This document shows, one piece after another, positions 1 to 13,757 of a stretch of 64,000 nucleotides of DNA. How positions within the stretch are numbered: position 1 is the stretch's first letter; every line of letters begins with the position of its first letter. Made by a program: the position numbers and the translations under genes. This DNA is from Nemertoderma westbladi. Its lineage: Eukaryota > Animalia > Xenacoelomorpha. The stretch covers positions 36,913-100,912 of the forward strand of contig JAUCBJ010000765.1 of the NCBI GenBank assembly GCA_032718475.1. The letters run 5' to 3'. The notes beneath the pieces were generated by a model that did no database searches, was not told the DNA's origin, and worked only from the letters and a program-made list of their open reading frames with translations.

Positions 1-366
1 CTAGGTATTATTATTATAAAGAGCGTCAGCCTGCGTTTAATAAATATATTTTAATACAAAACAGGTCGAACGCAAAGAGGCTTATAATGAAGACGAGTAC
101 TGCATTGATTATATTCCTATAAACCACCTGGCTTTGCATATTGAACGTGCGTTTGGAAATAAGTTCGTGCTACCCTTCCGTGGGTGGTAGATGTCGCGGT
201 TATGTATTGGTGGGTGGGGGGAGGGGGGGGGGGGGGTGCAGATTAAAAGGGGTGAACACGTACTGTCCCCCTTTCTTTGATTAATTGGTGGTGTGGGTTA
301 ATCTCTCATAACCTGATTTTGTGATACAGTCGCACAATTTTAATTTGTATCTCATAACTGGGCCTC

Positions 367-2308
367 GTGCTGCGCGAAGGCCCCACGAACGTGTTATTTA
401 CTGAAAACAAACCTGTTTATCGCAATGAAACTGAAATTCCAATTGATAGTTCGAATAAAAAGTTTAATGTTCTTCCGAGTTCCAGGAAGCACCTTGCAAT
501 GGAAGAAATAGTAAAGATACTTAATGTTAAATCTGATATTCACATTTTTGATAAAATACCCCGTGGTAAAAAGGAAAATGTTTATATTTTGTTACGAGAT
601 GTTCCACCGGGTCCTGACAAGAAACGTAATTTTGTTGATGATTGTGGTGTTTGGGACTGGAAGAGTTCCACAACTTGCAACAAAATATTTTCTATGACAA
701 ATTTAAATATGGTATCTGGTATTCAGTTAATTAATTGATTAATTATCAAACAAACAAGGCTGCACAATGAATTAATCTACAACCAAGCTCATTGTCAATC
801 CTAAATATACACCGTTACTATACCAAGCTGAAGCGCAAACCCGATTATGTGAGGCGTATATCTTGCATTCAGCACAACTCACCTGAATTGTTACAAGACG
901 TCTGCATTGTGGAGTATGTTGTGCAGTTACCCGATGACTTGACTCCTCGTGGTAATTGTAAGAAAGATTACCATTATATTCGATCGGATTCTGATGTTTT
1001 ACCAGCAATTAGTGAAAGAGTAAATAAGCGGAAATATCCAAAAGTTGTATATTCTAAAATGGTGAAAGAATGTACCGATAGAGATGAGTCAATATTGGCT
1101 CCAAGAGACATAAAACAAATTTTCAACAAAAAGTACAACGAGAATAAGAAAGCATGAATAAACTCCCCAACAAAAAATGTTGCTGATGAGGTTTTGGCGG
1201 TCTTAGGAGAATTGCATACGAATCAAAATATGCAATCAATTATTCATAGAAAAGACATGGCTCCCTGTATTATATTATATACAAAACAACAAAGTAACGA
1301 AATGATACAAAATGTGAGTCGTGACAATGAACAAGTTATCGTCATAGACAGAACATTCAATGTTGGAACAGCGTATTTGACGCTATTGGTTTACAAGAAC
1401 ACTTCTGTTGTGTTTAAAAAGGATTCAAAGCACCCAGTGTTTATTGGGGCTGCATACCTTCACTGGGACGGGGAATTCTCGACTTATCATTCATTTCTGT
1501 CTGAAATAGCCTGCCAATTTATTGATTGTAAAGTTAACTTTTGAAATTAAAGTGAATATTGGTTCAGATCAAGAGAAAGCGTTGGTAAAAGCAATTCGCG
1601 CTGTCTTCCCAAATGCAACGCAGATTCTTTGTGCAAAGCACATGCAAGACAATATTAGAGATTACTTAACAAATAAAATTGGTGTGCGAATTTCAGTTCG
1701 TAATTCTGTCATTGACCAGATATTTGGTGATCAAGGGATAGTTAGATGCCGTGACGAATATAGTTACGAAACTACAGTAGTGGATACATTATCAGAGGTG
1801 TTTGAACAACATCAAGTATTCAAAAAATACTTCTATGAACATATTTATGACAAACTCTATGAGTACATATGTGTACCCAATCGGAGAGCAGATGGAGAAT
1901 ATTGTATCCTTATGGTTAAACAATGAGTGTGAGTCGTTAAACAACATCGTGAAGTTGTTTATTGATTGGAAACCCCAACAGCTTTTGGAGTTAATTAGAA
2001 AAGTTGGAAATATTACTGGAATTCAAATGCTCGATCTTCGCCGTGCTATATATGATGGAGTGAATTATCGCCTTGTATCTTCTCTTAGAAATAAGTATCG
2101 AGTTCAGCGCACTGTCTGGGATAATAAATCTAAAGACGAGAAGGATGCGCTGTTTGCCGCATTTATAAGTCGTGATACAAAATCTTCTAAAATGCTTAAG
2201 GCATCATCGTGCAAATTCCAAATACCCAAACTACCAACTGTAGCCCGCAAGCCAGGGCAAAGGGCGCGCGTAAAAGCGAAAAGAACGAAGAAGATTTTAA
2301 AGAAGTGA
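367..2308 (+). pseudogene. Decayed Mutator-like (MULE) DDE transposase, split by stops and frameshifts into about five ORF pieces
   Basis: Consecutive + ORFs (367-738, 792-1157, 1194-1544, 1522-1926, 1802-2308) carry MULE-type motifs in the expected order: first Asp 'VIDRTFNVG', second Asp 'GSDQEKALVKAIRAVFP', CxxH 'LCAKH', and Glu 'NNECESLNN'. No TIRs were located. Confidence 0.8.
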
Positions 2309-2933
2309 CAGCCATACTGTAATTAATAATCATATAGAACTACAGTATCCTTTGAACTGATATAAAAAACTGAACTTATTCTTACAAGGAACTAGAACAA
2401 GTCTTGTTTGGAAAGGCGAATTTTATAGTAAGTAAAAAAAACAATTAAAATTGAAGATATCTAGATTACATTTTGGTTCATATCTATGCGGTTCTATAAT
2501 CTATCATAACATATTGCTACAGAAGCAATTTAAGTATTATTTTTTTAAGAAAAATGTTTTAAGAAAAAAAAGTATCGAGACATAAATATTGAGTTATTCA
2601 GGCACTTTGTCTAACATTCCTCGTTCCACCTATATGGTTGTACCTGTCCCTACAATAAATATTTGTGGGGCGAGTCACGAAAAGAGCGAAGCCTTAGCAT
2701 AGGGGTACCATTGACGAGTTGTCTTTCGTTATCGTCTGACTTCGTAAGATTTTTGATAGCTATTAACTTGGGCATTCCTTGATGAATTTAAACGTATTGA
2801 AAGTGCATCCATGTAGAAAGGTTTGAAAGTAATTTAAGCGAAATCCATTCACACACTCAAAAGTTATTGAAACTTATATATATAAATGTTATACAATTTT
2901 AGTACTTTGTATTTTCTTACCTTTAATATCAGG

Positions 2934-3546
2934 CAGTGGCGCAGCCACAGGGGGACACGTCCCTCCCACTTTTAAGGTAGGGGGGGGGGGGGGGGGGACA
3001 CCAAATCATATGTACCCGGCACTTTTTATACTTTGTATATACAATTTAGTAATTTAATAATAATTTAATAATCGTAATAAACTCTGATCGAGTATTACAG
3101 TATAACTAATAACTCCTACGTATTTACATTTCAATCCCTCCCATCCCTGTCGCATATTTCCAAACACCATGAACTGTTTTTGCACTGACAATATAAGCCA
3201 CTTGATATGGTAATGTAAGGCGTATTTCCATATCCCCAAAATTTCGTCATATATTGATTTGGTTAGAATAACTAAAACAAATTTATTGATAATTAAATTT
3301 TTTGTGAATTCCCCGTGTCGAGATATCAACCCGCCTTCGCTTTCAATCCATACCTAATTAAATAGGTATCTCAGTCGACATTTTAATCTTATAGAGGGTT
3401 CGTTGGTAACGAATGGAAGATGACGTTGTTGCAGGGAAACTAAATAATGTAATAAATGCAGAATTTGTCAAAAGGAATATCTGAGATATGGCAGTATAAT
3501 GGCCGTTGAAAGTTACATATTTTGCGTGAGCTGTGATGGAGTCCAT
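2934..3546 (-). mobile_element. Possible highly decayed hAT transposase C-terminus and element end
   Basis: The minus-strand peptide 'FPATTSSSIRYQRTLYKIK' weakly resembles the hAT dimerisation motif (PxTT.s.ERsFS.L..iK). A CAGTGGCG terminus-like sequence starts at 2934. No partner TIR or TSD was found. Confidence 0.25.
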
Positions 3547-3827
3547 TTATTCTACATTCTAATATGTAATTTATCAGTAGCTGGGCAACAATACAGTACA
3601 ATTACCTATTATATATTATATATAATAATAATAGTACGCAGCCATTCATGCATAAACAACTGTTACAGAATATTGTGTCTTTATTAAGTAGAATAAATTG
3701 CCCGCAGCGGAACCGAAGCAAATACATGCAACATTCAAATGCTCATAAATCAGCTTTTTCAAACAAAATTCAAATGTTTTTACATACATTTGGAATCCAT
3801 CATCGAGATCTTTCGTTCTCCACCAAC

Positions 3828-5702
3828 CAGTGCCGGATTAACCTTAAGGCATATAAGGCACGTGCCTTAGGGCCAGCCGAAAATACGGGCCATTTTTTCT
3901 CAGCGAGTCATTCTTGTGAGGAAAATATTTTTATCTGAAAGTCCACATTTTTTCTCACTAAAATTTATAGAAAACAGAGCAAGAAAGTGCATCTTTCGAC
4001 TACTTTCTATCTCTAAATTTCTGATAGATAGTGCTGCAAAATTCTAGCTCAGTCGACCGACAGGTGCTGTGTTATTAGTTCGAGACCTGATGGCAGGGAA
4101 ATAATAAAACATGGGCAGTAAAACTTTAAAGTGCTAATTATGAACAATGGAGAATTTAATTTTATTTATTTGTGGGGAATTATTTGTAGTTATGCTCTTA
4201 AACTTTCTGGAACAACCAAATAATGACGTGGTGACATACTGGAAATACTGTTCATAGTAAATGTATGGCGTGGAGATATGGTAGTGCGAAATTAATTTTT
4301 TTTACCGGAAACGAGTTTTATAAATATAGACCCTAATAGATAAAAAAAAGGATAAATTAGTTGTAGATAAAATAGTTGTTGATAAAAAAAAACGTGTCAG
4401 AAATAACTTCTTGTCACTACTGTAATTTAATTTAACCGAAATTCAGATGTTCTGCCCTCGTGTATTGAATTTTGCATTCGATGGCCTTTTAGGTGCAATT
4501 CCTGCAAAACCTAAAAGCATAATTAGGCAGCATAATTGAATTTGGTAAATTAAAATTAGTGACAAAAAGTACTTATTTCCGAGACTGTTCTCTATCGGAG
4601 AACATTTATTTCTCAGCAAGTCCAAATCTAGATCAAAAATATTATATATTTGCACAAAACCCACACTTTTGGTGTGTTATATTTCTCAGCAATTCCTGTA
4701 AAGATAAGTACCGTGCAAAAGCTACCCTACAGAAAATAAATAACACATTCCCACGATCCGATCAAAATTACTAAATACCTACAGGAGCCAGTCAGCCTTA
4801 AGGGGGCCAACTATAACCACCACAGAAATGACATTTTCGAAAATTTGCACAAATTTTTGTAGTTTGATAGATGGGCTTTCATAAGGTGATATCGGTTTTC
4901 AACAATGAATTATTTTTTGACCTCAAAACTGCTCTTTTCAACAACATAATATATTGCTGATATTTATGATTCTCTGTATAAAACAACCTTTTTATCAGTT
5001 TGTCGATTTTTACTTTTTTTATCACTAAATCCCCTACTACTATTTTATTTTTTACTCAATTCCCATCAAACATATACCAAAATGTTCAGCAGCGTTAGGA
5101 CTACTATCGTTGGTTTTGTAAAACATTGCCATTTGGATCTTCTAGAGCCGATTTTGTAACAATATTTTTTTTCACCTAATTTTGAAAAAACCGACCAGCT
5201 CAAAAAGTGCCATATTTTTCGAACAAACGGTTTATGAATCTACCTATACTCAGTTTTCATACTGTAGTATATAAAAGGTCACAGATCATTGTGTTAAAGT
5301 TTCAGAATAGTAGCTTTATAAATAAAACAAATAGATTTTGGGTAATGCAGTTATGGTCCCATAAATATATTAAAAAATTAAAGCTTGAGAAATTCTACCA
5401 AAACCATTACACTTTTTATAGCAAAGGTTTTATAGGCATGATATGCCGTTTAGTAATGTTACAATTCTTGATGAAAACTATTTTTGCAAAGTAGGCCTAT
5501 TATTAAAGTACTTAGTAGTTATTTGCACGCAGTCATCCAACAAAAATACTTTATATATTTCCTTCGTAACATTTTCACAATTTCAGTTGTTTTTAGCAGC
5601 TTTTTGTTTTGAAAGGGTTTGCGGAAAAATATCAATTTTCGGGCCATTTTTGGAAATTACTAAAATGTGCCTTAGGGCCACCAGAGGCTTAATCCGGCAC
5701 TG
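3828..5702. mobile_element. Non-autonomous hAT-superfamily DNA transposon (1875 bp)
   Basis: Perfect 14-bp TIRs CAGTGCCGGATTAA (3828-3841) and TTAATCCGGCACTG (5689-5702). Perfect 8-bp TSD CCACCAAC at 3820-3827 and 5703-5710. Subterminal GTGCCTTAGGGCC near both ends. No transposase ORF. Confidence 0.9.
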
Positions 5703-6614
5703 CCACCAACGAATCACTTTAAGGTTGAAGAATGAAGTTTTTCTTAATAATTGGTTCAAACGCCCATATGAATAATACCAGGTTTTCACTTTTCGGACGA
5801 AATTTTATTGTAATTGTATATCTGAAGAATTTTAATTTTTTTAATTTCTCAATACAATATTAAGTATTATATACTATATAGCACCAAGGACAAGTTAACT
5901 AAAGGACTGGCACAGCCAGAGTCCAGGCCCGCTTGAGGGACCATTGATTACAGTAGTAACTGTAATCAACTATAGAGTTGTTTGTAGAACTATAGAGTTG
6001 TCCTTGTATCGTATTTCTATCTTTTAAACACCTTTATCAAACGCGTGTAGCTAAAGAATGGAAGCGAAAATACAATTTCTGACTCACCCAGTAAGGAGGA
6101 GGGAGGTGAAACTATCCAACATGTTTCAAATTTCATACCTTTCATACCACACCTTCGCCTTCGCGGCTGAACTATTTCTTCCCAACCCAACCCCGACCAT
6201 CCCTTTGTGGCCGAACCATTCCAAACCACCCCACCACCGAACCATATGCCATACGCGGGCGATGACTGACTAATTCAAGACATTTCTTAGTTCAGATCTT
6301 TAGTTTTAGATAATTTTTATTTGATTATTATAATGATAAATTCAAAGCGCAATATTTTGGCAAAATAATGATACTGGTATACTTTCGACTAATTTACCTA
6401 TATGGTACTGTGTACTGTGGTACTCAATGCAACAAAAATAATACAATAATTACTAAATTAAGTTTTTTAGTTAAAATGCCCCCCCCCCCCCCCCCCCCCC
6501 TCCCCTGGATACTCCCATGCTGTAAAACATTACATTCAATTGTACAAACCTTTCTTATCTGTACGTAAATCCTTTACTTAATTGATGATTCCCTATGTAA
6601 AACCAAGACAATAG

Positions 6615-6735
6615 ATTAGCCGTAACGCGACTTTTTGAGTAGACGTACCGCGACTTTCAAAGTCGCGTTACGGCTACTCAGAAAATTAGCCGTAACGCGA
6701 CTTTCCGTGACGCGACATTAGCCGTACCGCCACTG
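6615..6735. repeat. Cluster of direct and inverted TTAGCCGTAACGCGACTTT motifs, probably the subterminal end of a MITE
   Basis: The motif occurs near 6616 and 6686, with an inverted copy AAAGTCGCGTTACGGCTA near 6658 and variants near 6643 and 6718. The cluster ends in CGCCACTG at 6735. Confidence 0.55.
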
Positions 6736-6740
6736 CGCCA

Positions 6741-7390
6741 ATCATTGTGTTAAAGTTTCAGAATAGTAACTTTATAAATAAAATAAATACTGTAGATTTG
6801 TGATAAGGGTCCCATTAATATATTAAAAATTAAAGCTTGAGAAATTCTACCAAAACCATTACACTTTTTATAGCAAAGGTTTTATAGGCATAGCATAATA
6901 TGCCGTTTAGTAATTATTATTATTCATTTATTCCAGACATACTATGTCCATAGTAAAAATAGGTAATTAATAAATTATACATACACAATACACGGTAACA
7001 GCACAAAACCATAAAATTATTAAGATAAGTATGTAATGTAGGCCTACCTTACTTGTATAGTATTTCCGACAATAAGTAAGTATAATATTGTATAATTATT
7101 TAAATTCACAAAAGTATTCGACAAAAGTAATGTTACAATTCTTGATGAAAACTATTTTTGCAAAGTACTTATTATTAAAGTAGGCCTACTTAGTACTAAT
7201 TTCAGTATTTGCACGCAGTCATCCAACAAAAATACTTTATACTTCCTTAGCAACATTTTCACAATTTCAGTTGTTTGTAGCAGCGTTTTCTTTTGAAAGG
7301 GTTTGCGGAAAAATATCGATTTTCGAACAATTTTAGAAAATTACTAAAATGTGCCTTATGGCCACCCACCATTGGCTTAATCCGGCACTG
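6741..7390. mobile_element. Partial second copy (right arm) of the 3828-5702 hAT element
   Basis: Aligns by eye to about 5286-5702, from ATCATTGTGTTAAAGTTTCAGAATAG to GGCTTAATCCGGCACTG (ending 7390). It has scattered substitutions and a ~210-bp insertion. Confidence 0.85.
6915..7125 (-). mobile_element. Short 5'-truncated non-LTR retroelement 3' end inserted in the hAT copy
   Basis: Absent from the first hAT copy (…TTTAGTAATGTTAC…). Flanked by duplicated AGTAAT (6909-6914 and 7126-7131). The minus strand ends GTCTGGAATAAATGAATAATAATA, an AATAAA plus short-repeat tail as in CR1/L2-type elements. Confidence 0.55.
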
Positions 7391-7904
7391 ATTTTTAATT
7401 CATTTTGTCGATAGGCCTATCGCATCAAGGCACTAATGTTGACTTGTGCCGGACTTCACATTTTCTGCAATATCTCAAAAACTATTCGCTCTATGCTTGT
7501 TTTGATGGTGTCTACACCAGTCAGCCAGTACACCAACTAAATCGTTCATTGCAGTTCTAATCAGCATAATATCAATGCAGTAGGAAAACTAGAAGTTGAT
7601 CATCACAAAAATTGGGAATATGACTCACTTGCGCCAAATGGCCTGATGGCGGGAACTGGCCATGTGCTTAGTGTGAGTGTGGGTGGACCCTCCAGACATT
7701 GTTCAATTTTCATAAAATCTGGCATGGAACACTGTTTTGGAGAGTGTAACAAAATAAAGACATGAAGAAACTGTAGACCTACCATTTATTGGGGGAAAAA
7801 TCACATTCACCTGAATGGGGTCAAAAACGACCCCAGGTGGTGGAAGTGGCACTTTTACCACTGTTGACTGTGTACATAGGCTGATAGGTCAGTAGGTGGG
7901 TTAA
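7391..7904. mobile_element. Possible right end of a piggyBac-like MITE
   Basis: Ends in GGG followed by TTAA (7898-7904), with a subterminal palindrome GGGGTCAAAAACGACCCC near 7817. No left end was found, so the left boundary is arbitrary. Confidence 0.3.
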
Positions 7905-8317
7905 AAAACCTAAAAAAAACCTGTGCTAAAAAACCTAACAGTCAGACAGTACTTTGCCAGCCATGGTTCTGTCGTCTCGTAGTTACCTTCTTTTTTTTGT
8001 CTGTATTGCAGTATTGTCTGATTGTGTATTTACAGTATTACCGACCGGTACTGCATACTGCGTAGGCCTACTGCTGTACTGTCTGACTGTATTACAGTAT
8101 TCAGGTATTACAGTATTAGCAATTCGTACGGTAGGGTCAGAGGGTAGGGTACCACTACTGCACTAGGCAGCTAGGTCTGTTCTGTAGGTAGGCGTAGGGC
8201 CTAGCCTATTGAATATTTATTGCAAACATTACAGCATTAGGCAGTTAGCAGGTTAGGCCTACCTACACCAAAAAAATTGCTGAATTGTACCGTGAAATTA
8301 GCTTCCCCTACTGAATT

Positions 8318-10264
8318 ATGGGTTGTTGTGCAAGTCTATCTGACGATTCTAATGGCGATTCGCCTATCCGTCGAAGCGGGAGCAGCCGGGGTACGAGTTT
8401 AAAGCGAACCGCTTCCCGACGTAGTGAATCAGTTAAACTCGGTTGGATCCCCGTCGTTAAGCGCAGCTGCACCGACGTAATCGCCCTAGTTATATACATT
8501 CTCTTCGGGATTGGCATTCTCGCAATCACCTGCTACAGCTTCTGGTACGGTGACGCTTGGCGTCTCGCCTACGGTTACGATTCCTGGGGCAACGTCTGTG
8601 GTCGAACCAACAAACCAATCCCATTCGTAGAGCTCAGCGGTAGGGACATGACCAATTACAAGTACGTATTTTTTCTCAACACAGATAACCCACTAAATTC
8701 CAAGGAGATCTGCGTTAGCAAATGCCCCACTGTTAATATTTCATCGTACGATGAGATGGAACAGTACGAGAAGAACGGTGGGGATAACCTCTGCCGTTAC
8801 GATAAATCCGCAGCCGATGCTAAAACCAACGGGGGAATTTGCGCGAAGATCCCTGTTCGTCCTACCCTGATGTTAATGAACCGATGCTTCCCTAAGTTCA
8901 CTGATTTTATCTCCATTAGCAACGCCTCCGATGTGTTTCATCGTATTTTTAACACCCTCGCCACTCACCATTGGATAATATTCTCCCTGATGGGTATCGG
9001 GCTATTGCTGTCTCTCGTTATGGTATTCATTATTCGCTATCTCGCGTCCGTTATCATCTTCCTCGTTATGATTCTCGCGGGCGTTGCCAGCATTGGGGCC
9101 ACCGCCGCTCTGTGGTACGCTTATTCGGTGTACAACCGGAAACTTGTAGACCTTCGTGCAGAAACAAACAGCAGTTATACAACCGCATTCCTAGTGTTCG
9201 CCATCCTAGCGACTATATTTACCGTGGTTCTTCTCTTAGTAATGTTAGCGTCATGTAAACGAGTTAGATTCCTTAACGCTTTGTTCACCGAGGCTGGAAT
9301 TTGTTTGTCCCACATGCCATTCCTCGTGTTCCAACCAGTGTGGACCGCGATCTGTCTGATAGTTTATTTAGCCTTCTGGGTTATGGTTATGCTGTACTTG
9401 GCTACTTCATCCAGGGCCACCTACGATGTGAACACAGATTCCGTGCATTACAACAGCTCGAAGTCCGTTCGCTACCTCTGGTGGTACATGATATTCGGTC
9501 TTATCTGGGTCAGCGAATTCATTCTTGCATGTCAGAATATGGTGATAGCCGGCGCGGTAAATGTTTATTATTTTACAAGGAAGAAGCGATCAATTTCCAA
9601 TCCGATACTTAAATCGATAAGTCGATTACTCTTCTTCCATCTGGGCTCGGTCGCTTTGGGTTCGCTTATCATTACGCTGGTTAAAATCCCGCGATTGGTT
9701 CTCATGTGGATCAACGCGAAGCTTGAAGGGAAAGAAAGTTGCCCTGCTAAGTTCGTATTGAAGTGCCTCATATGTTGTCTGTATTGCCTAGAGAATTGTC
9801 TCAAGTACATAGCGAGTAACGCCTACGCTATTATCGCCATCGACGGTGTCAACTTCTTTCCGGCTTGTCAGCGCGCCTTCGAGATCATCGTAGACAACGC
9901 GTTTCGCGTCGCTACGATTAATTGTGTTGGCGATTTTGTTCTGTTTTTAGCGAAATTAATTGTAACCGGTGTTGTCGGAATGGTTGGTGTGTTGTGGTTC
10001 TCTTACTACAGTGAACACCCTGCAGTAGTTCCGGTTGTCCTGTCGTGTGTATTCGCTTTCTTTATCGCGCATTGCTTTATCTCCCTTTACGAAACCGTTA
10101 TAGATACTCTGCTCATTTGCTTCTGCGAGGATTGTAACACGAACGACGGGTCGCCTTCCAGTCAGTATTTTATGTCGAATCGTCTCAAAGATTTCGTCGA
10201 CCGAGTCAATAATAAGGCGATTCCGATCGAAGGACAGGCCGCAGTCGGTGCGACAACGGTTTAA
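8318..10264 (+). CDS. SLC44A1: Choline transporter-like protein 1 (SLC44/CTL family), 648 aa, single coding exon
   Basis: N-terminal MGCC and SLC44 motifs 'RSCTD', 'GYDSWGNVCG', 'CVSKCP', 'HLGSVALGSLII', 'NAYAIIAIDG', 'VGDFVLFLAK' and 'DTLLICFCED'. About 10 hydrophobic TM segments in an uninterrupted full-length ORF. Confidence 0.93.
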   Translation: MGCCASLSDDSNGDSPIRRSGSSRGTSLKRTASRRSESVKLGWIPVVKRSCTDVIALVIYILFGIGILAITCYSFWYGDAWRLAYGYDSWGNVCGRTNKPIPFVELSGRDMTNYKYVFFLNTDNPLNSKEICVSKCPTVNISSYDEMEQYEKNGGDNLCRYDKSAADAKTNGGICAKIPVRPTLMLMNRCFPKFTDFISISNASDVFHRIFNTLATHHWIIFSLMGIGLLLSLVMVFIIRYLASVIIFLVMILAGVASIGATAALWYAYSVYNRKLVDLRAETNSSYTTAFLVFAILATIFTVVLLLVMLASCKRVRFLNALFTEAGICLSHMPFLVFQPVWTAICLIVYLAFWVMVMLYLATSSRATYDVNTDSVHYNSSKSVRYLWWYMIFGLIWVSEFILACQNMVIAGAVNVYYFTRKKRSISNPILKSISRLLFFHLGSVALGSLIITLVKIPRLVLMWINAKLEGKESCPAKFVLKCLICCLYCLENCLKYIASNAYAIIAIDGVNFFPACQRAFEIIVDNAFRVATINCVGDFVLFLAKLIVTGVVGMVGVLWFSYYSEHPAVVPVVLSCVFAFFIAHCFISLYETVIDTLLICFCEDCNTNDGSPSSQYFMSNRLKDFVDRVNNKAIPIEGQAAVGATTV

Positions 10265-13200
10265 ACTTGTCGGCTCTTTCGCAACGCTGCAAAAAGCTTT
10301 TTTACTGGTGGCATTCTGCGTGATGCTTTATGCGAACATTAGCTAAATGGAAAATATTTTGCGCCAAAATGATTCTTTATTATCAACGTTATACTATTCG
10401 CAGACTTCACTCGTAAATGTATTAATTGACATGTAATTCCTGTATGTGATTGGCCAACCATAATTATTTTAGAAATTGGAACATGCTACAAAGCCAATAT
10501 AGCAATAGTGCCATCTAAATCCGATTGTTTTAAATTAGGCAGCAGATTATTTTTGGGCATAAAACAGCGAGTTTTCTTTTGTAACGTATTAAATTGATTT
10601 TTATGGCATATATGTTTGTATTATGAGAATTATTTATATATTCAATTGCATTTTTCAAAATTTGCTCCAAACATTTCTGATTTCGCATTAGTGAAGCAAT
10701 TATATACATAATGCTGGTTTTTTAAATTTATGCGGATTCTGTTTTTTGTAATAGGATGCTTCTTTGCTCTATTCCTGTCTAAACTCACACATTTATTTCC
10801 TTTTTGGTATGTAAAATCCCGATATATATTATGAGATAATTCCAACGTTGTGCGCACTATTCTTATTATTCTTAAAAACGGTTTCAAACTATTTATACAG
10901 TAACTGAAATCTGAACTCACAGAAAAACTGATCGGTCCGGCGACCTCAGCTGCCTTTTGTTACAAAATACAAATTATATAAAGTTTGTACCAATATATAA
11001 TAATGTATTACACAACACACATTGGTATTATATAATAATTATTACAGTATTTATTATTGTATCTTATATAATATTGAGCAATATAATTTTATATAAAGAA
11101 ATATTTAATTAAAAATTGTAAATTATTTGTTAAAGTAAAATTATTATTAATGATCTTATTTATTTTGTAACATTACCATCATATACAAATCATGTCGGCG
11201 AAATTGATCATCAAATACTATAATATCCTTAAACTCTATGTAAAGTAAATAAAGATCCTCCAATGATTTACCTGTTTATATTTACATAGTATATATATAT
11301 GACTGTGTCTGCTAACTGGCTAACTGCTACCACATGAATATATATGCATTTAACACGACTTACTTTCTATAAAACGATTAGGATATTTTATAAGAATAAT
11401 AACAGGGATTTGGATGCGCACAATGTAGCTAATTCGAACCAAACCGGCATTTATTATAATAACCATTTTTAAGTTAGGAAGAATTTGACCTCTGCAATTT
11501 TTTGCAGAATTTTATAAAAATATTTATATTCCGAACAGAATGAGCCCAAAATTAACTCTGCACGTTGAAAACTCATGAGTTATGGCCGAAATTAAGCTGC
11601 AGTATAATTATAAACATGTATTTTATTTCTACTTTTTTTAATTACTATCTATACATTTACGCGTGGGGTCGAAGATACTACGCTTTTCTATTATTCGAAG
11701 TGGCATTTATTATAATACCATGATATCTATAGCTGCGTTTTAATTAATCCGTTTGTCGTTGGTTTATCTATTATTTCGTATGATGCAGATGCTTTATAAA
11801 ATTATATTCGTTATTCGCTGGTGTATTTGTAGTAACACGCAACAATGATGGACAATACGATCTTATCAGTAAACGGTGGCTTTCATTAATGACGTCATGA
11901 TTACGTAAAGAGTTTCACATTGTTAAATCGTTATAGTCAAAATTTAGTTATATATAATTGAAACGTGATTAGTTTATAGTTCTAGAATAATTTAACGCAT
12001 TTTTGTGACAGATTAATAATTGTGCTGCTAATTCTACCCCGTTTACATGTGGGATGGTTAGGTGGTATTTTAATATATATTTATTATAGAAACTTTTTAT
12101 TGTATTTGTATTGCATTTTAATTTTAAAGCGCGATCTGATGGAGTCAGTGCCTTGGACTTACACTTACATCATGGTACCGGTACAAATGTATTATTATTG
12201 ATGTATTTACAAGTTTGTGTACTTATAACTCATGGTATATGCCTGCATGTAGTCTACCTTGGATTGTGAATTAATTATTTATTATATTATAATACTTATA
12301 TGTGTGTCATTTATAATGGAAATACCAAGTCAATATTTTAACTGTAATTCATGGTGTATAGCAATTTAATATTTTAATCGGTGCCAATTTATTGTTCCTT
12401 TTGTATAGCCGGGTCAAAATCACTAAAAGTGGCCAACTAAAACATTAGACACACCGTAACCGTACAAGGTTGCGTTTTGCAACGCTACCTTGTCTTGTAT
12501 TAATTTTATAGAATATCTGCGCCGCGAATTAGAAAAAACATAGATTTTTTAGTACACATTTTTCAGTACACTCAATGTATACTGAGTTAAAGGCATAACT
12601 ATGATGTACAGGTCAAATCATAGAAACCAGGTTACAATATGAAAGAACAGGCTATCCCATGTTCGCTGACCAAATTTTAGCCAATGACATGTGAGTATAT
12701 TCATATAGTGGTCGTTTGAAGTTATAAAGGCGGGGTGGGGTATTTCGCTTGCTGTGTCCCCTCCCTCTAAAGTCTTATTGGTTCGTTTTGAAAATGAAAT
12801 TTCGCGGGCTTTTCAACCTAAACATTATAAAATAAAATATGGAGAAAGTTTATTGAAATAAGAGATAAAAAAAAACAAGCAGGAAATGTCCCCCCCCCCC
12901 CCCCCCCTGTAATGCCCCCCCCCCCCCTGTAATGCCCAACCCCCCCCCCCCCCCCCCCCCCCCCCATTACAGACTCTATACTGTCCTAGGACATGTAGCC
13001 CCTGTAATGTACTGTGGTACCACATTTTTTTATAATGTGGTACGGAAAATGGGTATAATTAATACATTACGTTACAGAGTAGAAACCCTACGAAAAGTGG
13101 TGAAATTTTAGCTCTATTGCATCCCTAGATCCGTCCCCTCCAAAGTATACGACATTTTAATCTAAACTACAGTCTATCACTTCAGTTGTTATAATCGCTA

Positions 13201-13595
13201 ATTCTTTATCGCAGAGGTTTCATATTGCGAGTTCACACGCAATATGCAAGTCTCTTCTATGCATGCAATAATATTTTGTTTTGTTTGTGAGATTGTTATT
13301 AATGCAATGCTTATAAGTTGTAAATTGTTTGGCCCAATCGTGTCGTTAATTTCTGCTCGATGTTATGTAGTTGACTTGTTGCCCGTTGTTGTATTTATCG
13401 TATTGTTGAACCGATGGTGATTTTCCTTATATTTTTTATTTTTTATAAAAAGTAAAACTCCTTGCTGTGGCCTTATACACAATAATTCTCACTACAATTT
13501 GCATCCCATACCCCAACATTATCCCATGAGTTTATATTCTCCTTGAGTTTCTCATCCCTTTGAATTTCCCATCCTTTGGAAGTTATCATCCTATC

Positions 13596-13757
13596 TGAGT
13601 TTCCGATCCCCTTGAGTTTCTCATTTGAGTTTCTCATCACATTTGAGTTTCCGATCCCCTTGAGTTTCTCATTTGAGTTTCTCATCACATTTGAGTTTCC
13701 GATCCCCTTGAGTTTCTCATTTGAGTTTCTCATCACATTTGAGTTCCGATCCCCTTC
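13596..13757. repeat. 48-bp minisatellite (about 3.4 copies) with degenerate flanking units
   Basis: Unit TGAGTTTCCGATCCCCTTGAGTTTCTCATTTGAGTTTCTCATCACATT, built from TGAGTTTC subrepeats. It explains the repetitive ORFs 13473-13736 and 13576-13854. Confidence 0.9.

Noticed and set aside
2934-6735. One large element bounded by CAGTGGCG and CGCCACTG
   Set aside because: The inverted match is only 8 bp and the flanks show no TSD.
12888-12965. Poly-C and poly-G tracts (also near 216, 2980, 6479 and 17337) as functional G-quadruplexes or Gly/Pro-rich ORFs
   Set aside because: They are homopolymer runs in or near transposon remnants, their lengths are prone to sequencing error, and nothing supports a function.
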